This document shows positions 11,805-22,884 of a stretch of 64,000 nucleotides of DNA, piece after piece. How positions within the stretch are numbered: position 1 is the stretch's first letter; each line of letters opens with the position of its first letter. Made by a program: the position numbers and the translations under genes. The notes below the pieces were generated by a model. That model was not told the origin of the DNA and made no database searches. It saw only the letters and a program-made list of their open reading frames with translations. The DNA is from Carcharhinus amblyrhynchos (taxonomy: Eukaryota), in NCBI GenBank assembly GCA_965287045.1, contig OZ336881.1:64852001-64916000 (forward strand), given 5' to 3'.

Positions 11805-12100
11805 AGGTCAGCACAGTGACACAGTGGTTAGCACTGCTGCCTCTCAGCACCAGGGACCAGCTTGAGTCACTGTCTATATGGAGTTTGCACATTCTCCACA
11901 TGTTTGTGTGGGTTTCCTCCGGGTGCTCCAATTTCCTGCCACAGTCCAAAAGACGTGCTGATTAGGCACTTTGGCCATGTTAAATTCTTCCTCGGTGTAC
12001 CCGAACAGGAACTGGAGTGTGGTGACTATGGGATTTTCGCAGTAACTTGCTTGCAGTGTTAATGTAAGCGTACTTAATATTAAATAAATAAACTTAATAA
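11805..12100 (+). mobile_element. V-SINE nested in the LINE
   Basis: V domain GGAGTTTGCACATTCTCC...GGGTTTCCTCCGGGTGCTCC; ACTG duplicated at 11801-11804 and 12101-12104. Confidence 0.85.
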
Positions 12101-14292
12101 ACTGTTCGTTGGTGATAGAAGAGGTGCCAGTCAAGCGACTGCTTTGCCTTGGGTGATGTTGACCTTCTTGAGTATTTTCGGAGCTGCGCTTTTTCAGGCA
12201 AGTGGGGAGTGTTCCATCAGATTTCTGATTTTTGTGAATGTCGTGGGGCGATGGTTAGATTCTTTCTCATTAGAAGTGGTCGTTGCCTGACACTTGTGTG
12301 GTGCAAATGCTACTTACCACTTGTTGGACTAAGCCTGGATATTGTCCAGATTTTACTGCATTTGGATTTGGACTGCTGGAGCATCTGAGGAGTGACGAAT
12401 AGTGCTGAGCATGTGCAGCTTTCAGCGAACATCCCCAATTCTGACCATTTGTTAGAAGGAAGTTCATTGATGAGGCAGCTGAAGATGGTTGGCTCAAGGA
12501 CACTACTCTGAGGAACTCCTGCAGTGATGTCCTGGAACTGAGATGGTTGGCCTCCAATCATCGTGACCATCTTCCTTTCTGCTAGGTATGACTCTCGCCA
12601 ATGGAGAGTTTTCTCCCTAATTTCCATTGACTCCACTTTTGCCAGAACTCCTTGCTGCCACACTTGGTGAAATGCTGCCTTGATGTCATGGACAGCCACT
12701 TGTGCTCCAACCTCTGGAATTTAGCTCCTTTACCTATATTTGAATCAAAGCTGTAACAATGTCAGGAGCTGAATCACCCTGGCAGAACTCCAACTAAATG
12801 TCAGTGAACAAGTTATTGTTAAATAAATGCCACTTGATGACATTGTTGGTGATCCCTTCCAGCACTTTACTGGTAATGAAGAGTAAACTGAGTAGTAATT
12901 AGACAGTGGGGTTTGTTCTTTTTGTGGACTGGACGTACTCGGGCAATTTTGCACATTGCCAAATAGATGCCAGTGTTATAGCTGTTCTGGAATAGCTTAG
13001 CAAGTCCTGGAGTACTTTTGCTGGGAAATTGTCAAGACCCGTAGCCTTCGCAGTATCCGGTGCATTCAGTTGTTTCTTGGAATGAATCAAATTGACTGAA
13101 GACTGACACCTGTGATGCTGGGAACCGCCAAAGGAGGCTGAGATGGCCGAAGGTCATTGTGAATGCTTCAGCCTTATCTTCTGCAGAAATGTGCTGGGCT
13201 CCTCCGTCTTTTAGGTGAGGGATTTGTGGAGCCTCCCCCTCCATTGAGTTGTTTAATTGTCCACTATTCGTGACTGGATGTGGCAGGACTGCACAGCTTA
13301 GATCTGATCTGTTGATTATGGAATCATTTGGCTCTATACATGCTCCTTATAGCAGTCGTGTAGCTTCACCAGGCTAGCACCTCATGTTTAGGTATGCATG
13401 GTGTTGCTCCTGCATTCTTTAGACCAGGGTTGATCCTCTAGCTTAGTGGTAATGGTACAGTGGGGTCTGTGCCGGGCCATGAGGTTACAGATTGTGGTCG
13501 AGTTCAATTCTGTTACTGCTGATGGCCCACAATACGTTATGGATGCCCAGTGTTGAGTTGCTAGATCTGTTTGAAATCTATCCCATTTAGCATGGTGGTA
13601 GTGCTTCACTCAATGTGAAGGTGGAACTTTGTCATCACAGGGACTGTGTGGTGGTCACTCCTACCAATTGCTGTCATGGACTGCTGCATCTGGGGCAGGT
13701 AAGTTGGTGAGGGTGAGGTCAAGTGTGTTTTTCCCCCTGTTACTGGTCCCCTCATTATTTTCCAGACAGATGCGGCAGTTATGCCCTTTAAGATTTTGAT
13801 CTGTGGGGGTGCTGCCGAGCCAGTCCTGCTGGTGGAACAAGCCCCTATCAAGAGTAATTCTGCACCCTTGCCACCCTCAGTGCTTCTTCCACGTGATGTT
13901 CAACATGGGAGAATAGCGATTCATCAGCTGAAGGGGGGAGTCAGGTGGGTGATGGTATGATGTGGTTGTCAGCTGAAGGTTCCTGATACCCTGAGACTTC
14001 ATGGAGTCTAAAGTCAATGTTGAGCACTCTCAGCACAACTCCCTTCCGACTGTTTGCTGCTCTGCTGAGTTTATTCAACTGGTGGGACAGGACACATCAG
14101 CAATGGTGGTAGTGGTGTCTGAGACATTGTCTGTAAGGCATGATTCCACAAGTATAATGTCAAGCTGTTGTTTGACTAGTTTGAGACAGCTGTCCCAATT
14201 TTGGCATAAGTTCTCAGATGTTAGTAAGGAGGACTTTGACCGGGCTGGAATTGTTGTTTTTGGTACCTAGCTCAATCCCTGGTGGTCCATCT

Positions 14293-15026
14293 TGTGACGA
14301 TACTGTGGTATTGTTGCTATATTTTATATTTAAGGCAGGATTGCTTTAAGAGACAGTGTTTTGTTACAAGAGTTGATTTGGTTGGTAAATATGCTGCAGA
14401 TGCTAAGAATGCAGGCTGATAATTGATTTTAGCTAGGAATGTGTTACTTTGGATGGATCTTTGGTTTATTTAGGTTCTCCTGGGGTTTGAGTAGCATTTT
14501 AATTAGGTTGATTGACAGAGATGGTCATGCAATTAATAGGAGGAGCTAAGCTTGCAGGAAGGAAAGTATTTCAGTTTCATTTTTAACTTCAAGCAATTGC
14601 TGCCTGGGCTGCCAAAGGAAAGCAGTGCCTTTCTCTCTTGCTCTCATTCTCTCACCCTCCTATGCCCCTAGTGGTGTTCTGAAAGCTTCACTTCCACCCC
14701 CTTTCCCCCCTTCACTCCCCCAGAAGTGTTCTGAAAGTTCCAAGGTAGGGAGATGTTTCCTTGATTGGAATTCATAGTGATAAGTTAGCAGTTCAGGCTT
14801 GCATCTTGTCATGTTTAAGCATTGTTTAACTGTTAAAGGTTAAGCTCTCACTTGTTATAATTTAACTATGTTGTTAATAAAGTTTGTTCTAATAAAAGCT
14901 TTCCGTGTGTCAGGATCACGCCTGGAGTGAAACACCTTATCCTCACACTAGTACCAAAATTGAAAATTGTTGGGGAGTCATCTGACTTCATAACATACAT
15001 TGGAGTTTCTGAACCATATCTGAACA
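14293..15026 (+). mobile_element. Solo LTR (Gypsy-like), 734 bp, nested in the LINE
   Basis: TGT...ACA termini; TSD ATCT at 14289-14292 and 15027-15030; AATAAA at 14876 and 14891; LINE sequence resumes on both sides. Confidence 0.8.
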
Positions 15027-15080
15027 ATCTGGCTTAATTCCTTATTGGCTTTCTTGCAGCTTGATACAACTGACTGGCTT

Positions 15081-15369
15081 AAGTTTATTTATCAGTGTCA
15101 CAAGCAGGCTTACTTTAACACTGCAATGAAGTTACTGTGAAAATCCCCTAGTCACCATACTCCCGACGCCTGTTAAGATACACTGAAGGAGAATTTAGCA
15201 TGACCAATGCACCTAACCAGCATGTCTTCCAGACTGTGGGAGGAATCAGAGCACCTGGAGGAAACCCATGCAGACACAGGGAGAATGTGTAAACTCTGCA
15301 CAGACCGTGATCCAAGCTAAGAATTGAACCCGGGTCCCTGGCACTGTGAGGCAGCAGTGCTAACCACTA
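15081..15369 (-). mobile_element. V-SINE nested in the LINE 5' region
   Basis: Reverse complement of the 5520/11805/20566 family; short CTT duplication at both ends. Confidence 0.85.
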
Positions 15370-16041
15370 CTTGCTTGGGCATTTAAGAGTCAACCTCATT
15401 TCAGTGGGGCTGAGGTCATATGTAGGCTAGACCAGGTGAGGACAGCAGATGTCCTTCCCTAGTAGACATTAGTGAACCACGTGTCTTTTTTTTGTGTGAC
15501 AATTGACAATGGTTTCATGGTCATCAATAGACTTTTAATTGAGTTCAAATTCTACCATCTGTTGTGGTCTGATTCCAACCTGGGCACAATCCTGGATCTC
15601 TGGATTACTAGTCCAGTGACAATATCATTGCAGCACTGCCCCCGCCCCCCCCCCCCCCCCCAATTTCCCTCTTGGAAGAGGCAGAATGAAATTAATACTG
15701 AATAGCATCCGAAACAAGAGACATCACTTGCATCAGTGTTGACTTGGAGATTTCCTTTTGCTGGGAGGAACCAATGAGGTGATAAATTTGAGTAAAATTA
15801 TTGTACAGCTCCTTGGGTGAATCCTTCCTTTGCTCTTCTGATGGATTTAAAAGTTCCACAAATAAGGATGCCTGAACTTTGAAGAAATTTAAAACCAAAC
15901 TTTGAAATGTATTACTCATTGTAGTGACATTCAAACCCCATTCCCCTACATGCTCCCCTTTTCACCCTACGCCAGCATGTACAATTGAATGAAAAGCATC
16001 AAATTCTTAAGTTTCTAAATATAAGAACTGTTATTTTTCAG

Positions 16042-16098
16042 GATGTCATTGTTTTGGTGAATGAACAGGATAAGCTGACTGCTGCTGACCTCCCAAAA
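16042..16098 (+). CDS. LRPPRC: LRPPRC coding exon (57 nt, poorly conserved linker)
   Basis: tttttcag|GAT GTC...CCA AAA|gtgagt; DVIVLVNEQDKLTAADLPK; phase 0/0, at the position of human DAHLLVESK. Confidence 0.85.
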
Positions 16099-16749
16099 GT
16101 GAGTAAGAAGTTCAGATTGAAAATGAAGCTTTTTTGAAAAAAAGCATGTTCTGTTGTAAATTAAAGTCTGGTTTAATTAGAATGTTAGCCCAACAGAGTA
16201 ATGAGGCCAATTTATTCAGGCAGAGTGCAGTTATTCTTAGGTAGATCATCAACTAGCCTGGAGGTGCCTGGCGTTATGTTACTTTTCATTTGTTTGAGCA
16301 TATTCAACTCAGTTTATTTGTCTGTGCATTTGTGTTTTCATTCTCCCCTTCCTTGTCCTGAATGTGATGCCTGAAACCCTGCTTGATGCCTCAGGTGCTT
16401 GTAGCTAGTTACCAAAACTATCAGAGATAATGCAGGTGTTGCAGCATCTCTGATTTATGTTCTAAAGTGGGTGACACCACAGGCTTCGTTTAGGATACAA
16501 ATTGTGAACCGAGCAAGCTGGAACTCAAACTTGCCACTTTGGGCATCTTGATATTTTCCAGAGAAAATGCCTAATTGCTTTATGGTGGGGATTTGATACC
16601 TTCGATGTATTGTCCCAAAGGAAGCACTTTTTTAGCTAGACAATGAGTACTGTTGCCGCAAAGATATGAATATATTAGCAGTTTTATATTTCTTGCCCAC
16701 TGAATTAAAATACAAATGTTGGGGTGGTGAATGTGTTTTGTTTTTGCAA

Positions 16750-17400
16750 CACCAATATAGCAGCTTTATCATGATAGAACATCCCAAAGCACTTCTGTTA
16801 CAAAGCAACATACCATATTACAATGAGCCACATCAGGAGATATTAGGTCAGATGACCAAAAGCTTGGTCAGAAAGGTAAAAGGAGGGAAGCGGGTGGAGA
16901 CCACTGAAATTGGGAATCTCAAGAGGACATAGATGTCTGAGGATTGTAAGATCAGAGGAGATTTCAGAGCTGGGAGGGGTGAGAGCAGGGAGGGTTTTCA
17001 AAACAAGGTTGAGAATGTTCAAATCAAGACTGTGTGACTAAGAGCCAGTGCAGATCAGCTGGTATAGCACAGGACCTGTGCAAGTTAGCACAGGAGCAGA
17101 TGTTTTAAATTGCATCAATTTTATAGAAAATAGAATATGGGAGACCAGCAAGGAGTGTTTTGGAATCAAGCTTTGAGGTGATTAAGGCATGAAGGAATGT
17201 TTCTGCAACAGATGAGCTGAGACAGGCAAAGTTGAGTGATGTTGCAGAGGTGGCAGTTGGTCGTTTTAATATTAGCATGAATCTGAGATCAGAAGCTCAC
17301 CTCTGGGTCAACTGAGACACAAATGTTATGAACAGGCTTTTTACATCTGTGTTGCTAGGAATAGAATGGATAGCTATAGAACAGAGTTTGGAGATTGAAA
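16750..17400 (-). mobile_element. Old L2-like LINE 3' fragment
   Basis: CATCCCAAAGCACTT...GAGCCACATCAGGAGATATTAGGTCAGATGACCAAAAGCTTGGTC resembles shark L2 3' ends; no ORF. Confidence 0.55.
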
Positions 17401-17536
17401 ATGATGAGTCTTCCCGTTGTCTACTTTAAAAAAAAAGTTGGGGTTTAATGAAGGATTCAAATTATTTATCGTAACATGAGTTACTATTTTTTCATGTTAA
17501 AAGAGGCCTCTAACATGCCTGAGTTTGTTTTATCAG

Positions 17537-17650
17537 GGATCCGAGGCAAAAATTGCTGCTCTAGAAACAAAACTGGCAGAGCTAAAAATGGAGAACAAGC
17601 CTATTGGGGAGATGTTGAAGCAACTGATCCTATTGCTTTGTGGGACTGAG
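17537..17650 (+). CDS. LRPPRC: LRPPRC coding exon (114 nt)
   Basis: ttatcag|GGA TCC...ACT GAG|gtaaga; GSEAKIAALETKLAELKMENKPIGEMLKQLILLLCGTE. Confidence 0.94.
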
Positions 17651-18399
17651 GTAAGAATGGTAATTTCTTATGACCACATGAGGAGGAGTTGAATGGCTCC
17701 TCTCTTGGTCTTCTCGTTTGAATGCAACAGATTTTTTGTTTGTACAAGTTATACTTGCCAATTCAGTGAGTACTCAATGAAGTATCAATAGAGTAGGTTT
17801 TCTTGCGAAAAAAGGGTTCGTTTTATAAATCGATCAAAGTAAAATAATAGAATATGCACTGACATTCTCACTCACGCCCACACTGATGCTTTCAAAGTTC
17901 TCTCATACAAATGCCACAATAGTTTGACCAAATTAGAGTCCACAAGAAAGGAAAAGAGAATGCAGTCTGTGGTTTGGTGATTTGACTGGCATCCAGCTGA
18001 ATTCAATGATCTGTGCTTCCAATGTAAAGATGTAAATGACTAAGTTAATAGTTATTCAGGAGAATGTCATGCTCGGTCCACCTCTTCTAAGAAATCTCTG
18101 CCTGCAGCGTTGCTGGGCAATTACAGTTAGCAACCAAGCTTGAAGCTTATCAGGTGAATTCAAGAAAAAAGGAAGGCACGAGGGACTCCAACTACATTGT
18201 CTTCATCAGCTGCATTTCCTCAGTTCTGCTGAGAAAATCTCTGCTTACAACATTCAAAAGGTTGGCTTGTCTGTGACTGCCCTCTCCAAATGACCAGTAC
18301 TTTAAACTTGGTTGTGTATTCCCAGGTAAGGCTTGGGAATTCTCCTTCTTAGCCAGGTTTCCTTTAATTATATTTGATGGTTTGTCTCATATGAACACA

Positions 18400-18680
18400 T
18401 AAAGGTAAGAATTAGGGGTAGGCTGCTCTGCCATTCAATAAGATCATGGCTGAAAAATCAAAAATTGGAACCTCAACTCCACATTCCTATCGACCTGCCC
18501 CTCCCACTCTGATAACCTTTCATGCCCTTATTAATGAAGAATCCATCTAACGCCCTCAAAAATATTCAAAGACACTTCTTTTTGAGGAAGAGTTTTCCAG
18601 GGAGACTCAATTCTCAGAGAAATTTCTCACCCATTCTGTCTTAAATGAGCAACCCCTCCTTTTTTGAACAATCCCCAATT
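18400..18680 (-). mobile_element. CR1 3' remnant
   Basis: GCCATTCAATAAGATCATGGCTGA shared with the young CR1 tail at about 28578-28601. Confidence 0.7.
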
Positions 18681-19089
18681 GTTTGGGTATCAGGGTATAA
18701 TGAAATAAGAAATATGGTTCATTTGTACTCCCCTGAGGTCATTGTCTTTGATGGGTCTTTGCAGACATACGTATTTCATTTCAGTGGGTTTGCAATGTGC
18801 AGTAATACAAAGTAAATAACCGTCTTGACTGTTAGTTCAAGTTGCTTTAGTCTGTTTATAATGAAATCTTTTTAAATAATGATGCCATGTCATGTGTGCT
18901 CTTCCTGAAGGCAGATCCTGGCTCATTTCTGTTGATGCTCCATCTTGAGTTTTCTTGTAAGTTTTAAACAGTAGTGGTTTGCCAAGGACAGGTCAAGGAG
19001 GCAGGGCCCAAGCCTATCCCAGCTCGAATGGGAATCAAACACAGGCTTATGGTGCTACTCTGATCTGCATGCTAGTTATTCCTAGTTTA

Positions 19090-19350
19090 TCCCCCATGGC
19101 AATGCCTTGACCAGTTGAGTCAACAAAAAGCTTGGCAGTTAACTGTTCGTTGGCGTATTCTCTGTGGCAATGCCTATCCCAATCAGTCTATTTGCCAACC
19201 AATCAGCATTCTATTGTGCAGTACAAATTATTTTTCCTTTTACAACTGGTATTCTCAGAAATCTGTCCTGCTGAGTAGAAGATGAAAAGCTTTGACAGCA
19301 TGTCTCTTTTCAACAATACTGAAGTTCTGTTCCACCAAACCACTATTTCT
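19090..19350 (+). mobile_element. Penelope-like repeat carrying a decayed type-I hammerhead
   Basis: CTGTC-CTGCTGA-GTAGAAGAT-GAA-AAGCTT-T-GACAG at 19263-19298; homologous to 2525-2757. Confidence 0.65.
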
Positions 19351-20565
19351 GTATCTTTTTGTCCAAGTTCCTTTCTTAGGATAATGGGATGGTTAATGAA
19401 AGCAGTATTGTGGTAATCTCAATGTTGAGGGATTGAGGGATTGGTTGAGGCAAGGCAATTGGAAAAATTGGGTAAATATTTGAATCAGAGGAAGACAGTT
19501 TTGATGAGAAAGCAGGGCAGAGTGCAAGATAGAGGAAATAGATTTGGATTGCCAAATCTATCTAGGGATCTGATGGATCATTGCACTACAAACTACTACA
19601 ATGCATTCCACTGAATTCTTTCTGGAGCCAATCTTGGAAATGCTGGACCATGGAGTTTTGAACTATACCCCAGATCCTTGATACAGAGCTACCGATTTAA
19701 GATGTGCAACTCTAGGCCATTGCCAAGTGGAAACCAGGTATTTTCTCATGGGAAAATAGATTTTTAAAAAACGCTAAGTTTGCAATGTGTTGAACTATAA
19801 TTTTCTATGAACTATGGTGATGGTTTGCAATAATCCTTCATTTCCTCTCATTGGACAGTAAGAGGCAAAGCGTTGAATGAGCTGCTCATTCAATGTTGAA
19901 CGAAAACCTGGAGGTATTGGAGTAATGGCTCTGCTGAGGGCCATATACAAAGTGTGTGTCACAAGCAGCCTTTGGGCCATATAATGATTGTACTGGTGAA
20001 GGAGGTAATGAAACACCAGCTCACAGTTTTTCTCTTTGGAGTTCTTCGCAAGCTTCTTCAAAATCCTTAAATCATATAGACTTCTCCATTCCCTCTTAAT
20101 TCAATTTGTAAGATGGATCAAGTGGAACTTTGGAAATCCAGGCTGACTGTCCTCATTCAATTTCTTATTCTCCAGAGGCTTAATAATTTCATCGCACATT
20201 GTGGACTCCAGTAGTATACAAACATGTGAAATAAGATTAACCAATGTATACTTTTAAGCTTAATCCTGTTTACTTTGAGTTGCTTCTGCTACCTTCCAGT
20301 GTTTTGACATGATTTTCCTTTCCAAATAACTTTTGCCGTTTTTGGTCTCCTTTTAGATAATACTTTACATTCTGATTTCTTGACAGCAGTGTTTGATCTT
20401 TATTTCATATATTTGGAAGCATTTATATACAGAGGGCATCACACTTGGATTTGATGATGCATTGATGACCAACACCAATTTAACAATATAAATCTGATCT
20501 GCACCTGTAGCGTCCAAGTTCTGAAATGATGTTAAGCTGCCTTTGAAATGCTTTCAGAGAGTCTA

Positions 20566-20868
20566 GGGCGTGTTCGTGGCACAGTGGTTAGTACTGCTGC
20601 CTCAGTGCCAGAGACTTGGGTTCAGTTCCTGGTTTGGGGCACAGTCTGGCGAAGTCTGCACCTTCTCCCCATGTCTGTGTGGGTTTCCTCTGGGCGCTCC
20701 GGTTTCCTCCCACTGTCTGAAAGATGCACTGGTTAGGTGCATTGGCCATGCTAAATTCTTCCTCAATATATCCAAACAGGTGTCGGAGTGTGGTAACTAG
20801 AGGATTTTCACAGTAACTTCATTGCAGTGTTAATGTAAGCCTGTTTGTGACTAATAAACAAACTTTAA
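20566..20868 (+). mobile_element. V-SINE
   Basis: tRNA head, V domain and same tail as other copies. Confidence 0.85.
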
Positions 20869-21104
20869 AAGATTCATTTCCCTTCTGATTTTTGAATTGG
20901 TTTTAGAAATCCATCACTTTTCTATTCCAAAAAGATAAAGCCATCCCTTCTCAAACCCCCATTCACAGAGAAGCCCAGAAAATATCTTGCCCTATTTGCA
21001 AAAAAATGACTAAGAATGTTAGAATTCCAATCAGTTGATTATTCTTTACTTAGGCCCTTGTTCAAGCCAGGGGAGAATGCAATCTTACATCATAAACATT
21101 CATT

Positions 21105-21597
21105 CTCTCTACCACTGGCACACAGTGACAGCTGCGTGCAAATACAAGATACATTGCAGCAACTCACCAAACCTCTTGTGATGGTATTTTGCAAACCTGC
21201 AATCTCTACTTAACACAAGGATAGCAGGTGGAAATACCACCATCTGCAAGTTCCCCAAGTCACATACCATCCTGACTTGGAAACGTATCACTGTTCCTTC
21301 TCTGTTACTGGGTCAGATACTTGGAATTCTATTCCTAATAGCACTGTTGGTGTACACCTGCCCTGTTTGTGATCAGAACTCTCCAGTCACCTGACAAAGG
21401 GGCAAACCCTGAAAACTAGTGGATTTACTATCAGATAACTTGTTGGACTTCTTACTGTGTACACCTACACCAGATGGACTGCAGCGGATCAAGAAGCCAG
21501 CTACCGAGCATCTTCTTGAGAGCAGTAAGGAATGGGCAATAAATACTGGCCTAGCCAGTGACGCCTGCATTCCACAAATGAGTATTATTGAAAAAAG
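21105..21597 (+). mobile_element. 3' fragment of the 11445-15640 LINE family, interrupted by a 97-bp insert
   Basis: Ends GGGCAATAAATACTGGCCTAGCCAGTGACGCC; homologous to 11460-11800 in reverse orientation. Confidence 0.8.
21360..21456 (+). mobile_element. 97-bp Penelope-type mini-element with hammerhead remnant and 10-bp TSD
   Basis: GTGTACACCT at 21350-21359 and 21457-21466; CAC-CTGACAA-A-GGGG-CAAA-CCCT-GAA-AACT-A-GTG at 21388-21421. Confidence 0.75.
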
Positions 21598-21699
21598 GTT
21601 TGCACAAATACATTTCATCAAGAAGTCAAGCGCTAAACACTCTATTGGTTAAAGCCACAATGTTGGGTACACAGATACTCCATAGCATGAGCGCAATGG

Positions 21700-22060
21700 A
21701 GTTATCTGGACTGTGCTTCTTGGAGCAGATAAGGTTAAGAAATGACCCATTTACTTTTCCAAGCTGATGAGAGTTTCTGATGGAGAAAAATTATTCTGTC
21801 TGGTAATTGGATCAGTAACGAAAGGCAATAGATTCAAAATTATTGGGAAAAAATCTGTAAGAACGATGCAACTTTTTTTTTCAACTTGAGTTGCAGTGAA
21901 CTGGAAAACTGGTGCAAGTTAATTCCTTAAGTAATTTTAAAAAGGAGTTGGACTGGTGCATGATGATGAGGAACTCGGAAGGTTTTGGTATATCTGAGGA
22001 AGCATGGCTGCTCTTTCTAGGAGCCAGCACAAGCACGTGTGTCAAACAGTGGCCTCCTGG
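21700..22060 (+). mobile_element. CR1 3' remnant
   Basis: TTCTTTGGAGCAGATAAGGTTAAGA...ATAGATTCAAAATTATTGG...GGAGTTGGA...TGGCCTCCT. Confidence 0.55.
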
Positions 22061-22884
22061 GTAGCAAATCATTACTAGATAAACACGCTTTAAAAAGCGA
22101 AGGCTATATAGGCAATGTAGCATATCACTGAATAAACTTTGAATGATACTGAACATTACAGCAGTGATCAGGGAGTTTGATGTTACGAATTGGTGGGGTT
22201 GTGCTGAGTAATTGTTTGCACAGCTGAAAATTTAATTTTGAATTCTCTTTGCTTTGAATAGCTGGTTTCTTGAATAGCCCTTGTGTGTGTGATTAACAAC
22301 AGTCAGAACTTCTGTGGTTCCCCACCCCCGGACCCCTTTTCTGATCTTGATTTCTTCTAATGTTAACTGATCTTTGTTTGTCTGCAGTTGGCTGGTACAC
22401 CCTCATTGGCCAGCTCACATTTTTTCCTTTTAACTCCTTGTTCTTCCAGACTGTACCTGGTAAAGGCACTTTTCAAGATCGTTCTTATAGAAGAAAGCGA
22501 GCCTGAACGAGCAAATAGAAACTGATAGTTTCTTAAAGCCAAAAAGAGACAGTTTTGTTCCCCATAGCCAAATATCTGTTACTGTTTCTCCTGACTGACG
22601 ATTAATAAACAAACACAGAAGAATGTGCAATCTTGCACATTTGTTTTCATTTTAAAGACAGGGCTCCCTTCAATCATTTACTTCATTAGTGTGGATGACA
22701 TTGTTGTCAGAAGATCTCAATGACCATCTACAAATTTTCCCCTACAGCCTATAAATATAGGATTTTGTGGTTGCTGTTGAGTTGCTGGAGCAGGGATTTC
22801 CACCAGCAAATCAGTTTGTGTCTATTTGAATTTAACAACCATATACTTACTAATTTTGCATTTCTTGAATATTTTCTCCTGCCC

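Larger units (their letters stand above)
11445..15640 (-). mobile_element. Near full-length decayed LINE (CR1/L2-group APE+RT) with tRNA-like 5' head; interrupted by two SINEs and a solo LTR
   Basis: RT fragment DIKAAFHQVWQQG...AGVPQSSVLEPTIFSCLINELP (12310-12699); APE C-terminal SDHHTV (about 13640); APE N-terminal VLLTNI*ELMPKL...DIILVES (about 14140-14240); 3' tail GGGCAATTAAAGATAGACAATAAATACTGGCCTAGCCAGC. Confidence 0.85.

Noticed and set aside
15638-15661. Poly-C tract (and poly-G at about 36214-36225) as possible G-quadruplexes
   Set aside because: Homopolymer expansions; the first is at a TE end, and neither shows evidence of function.
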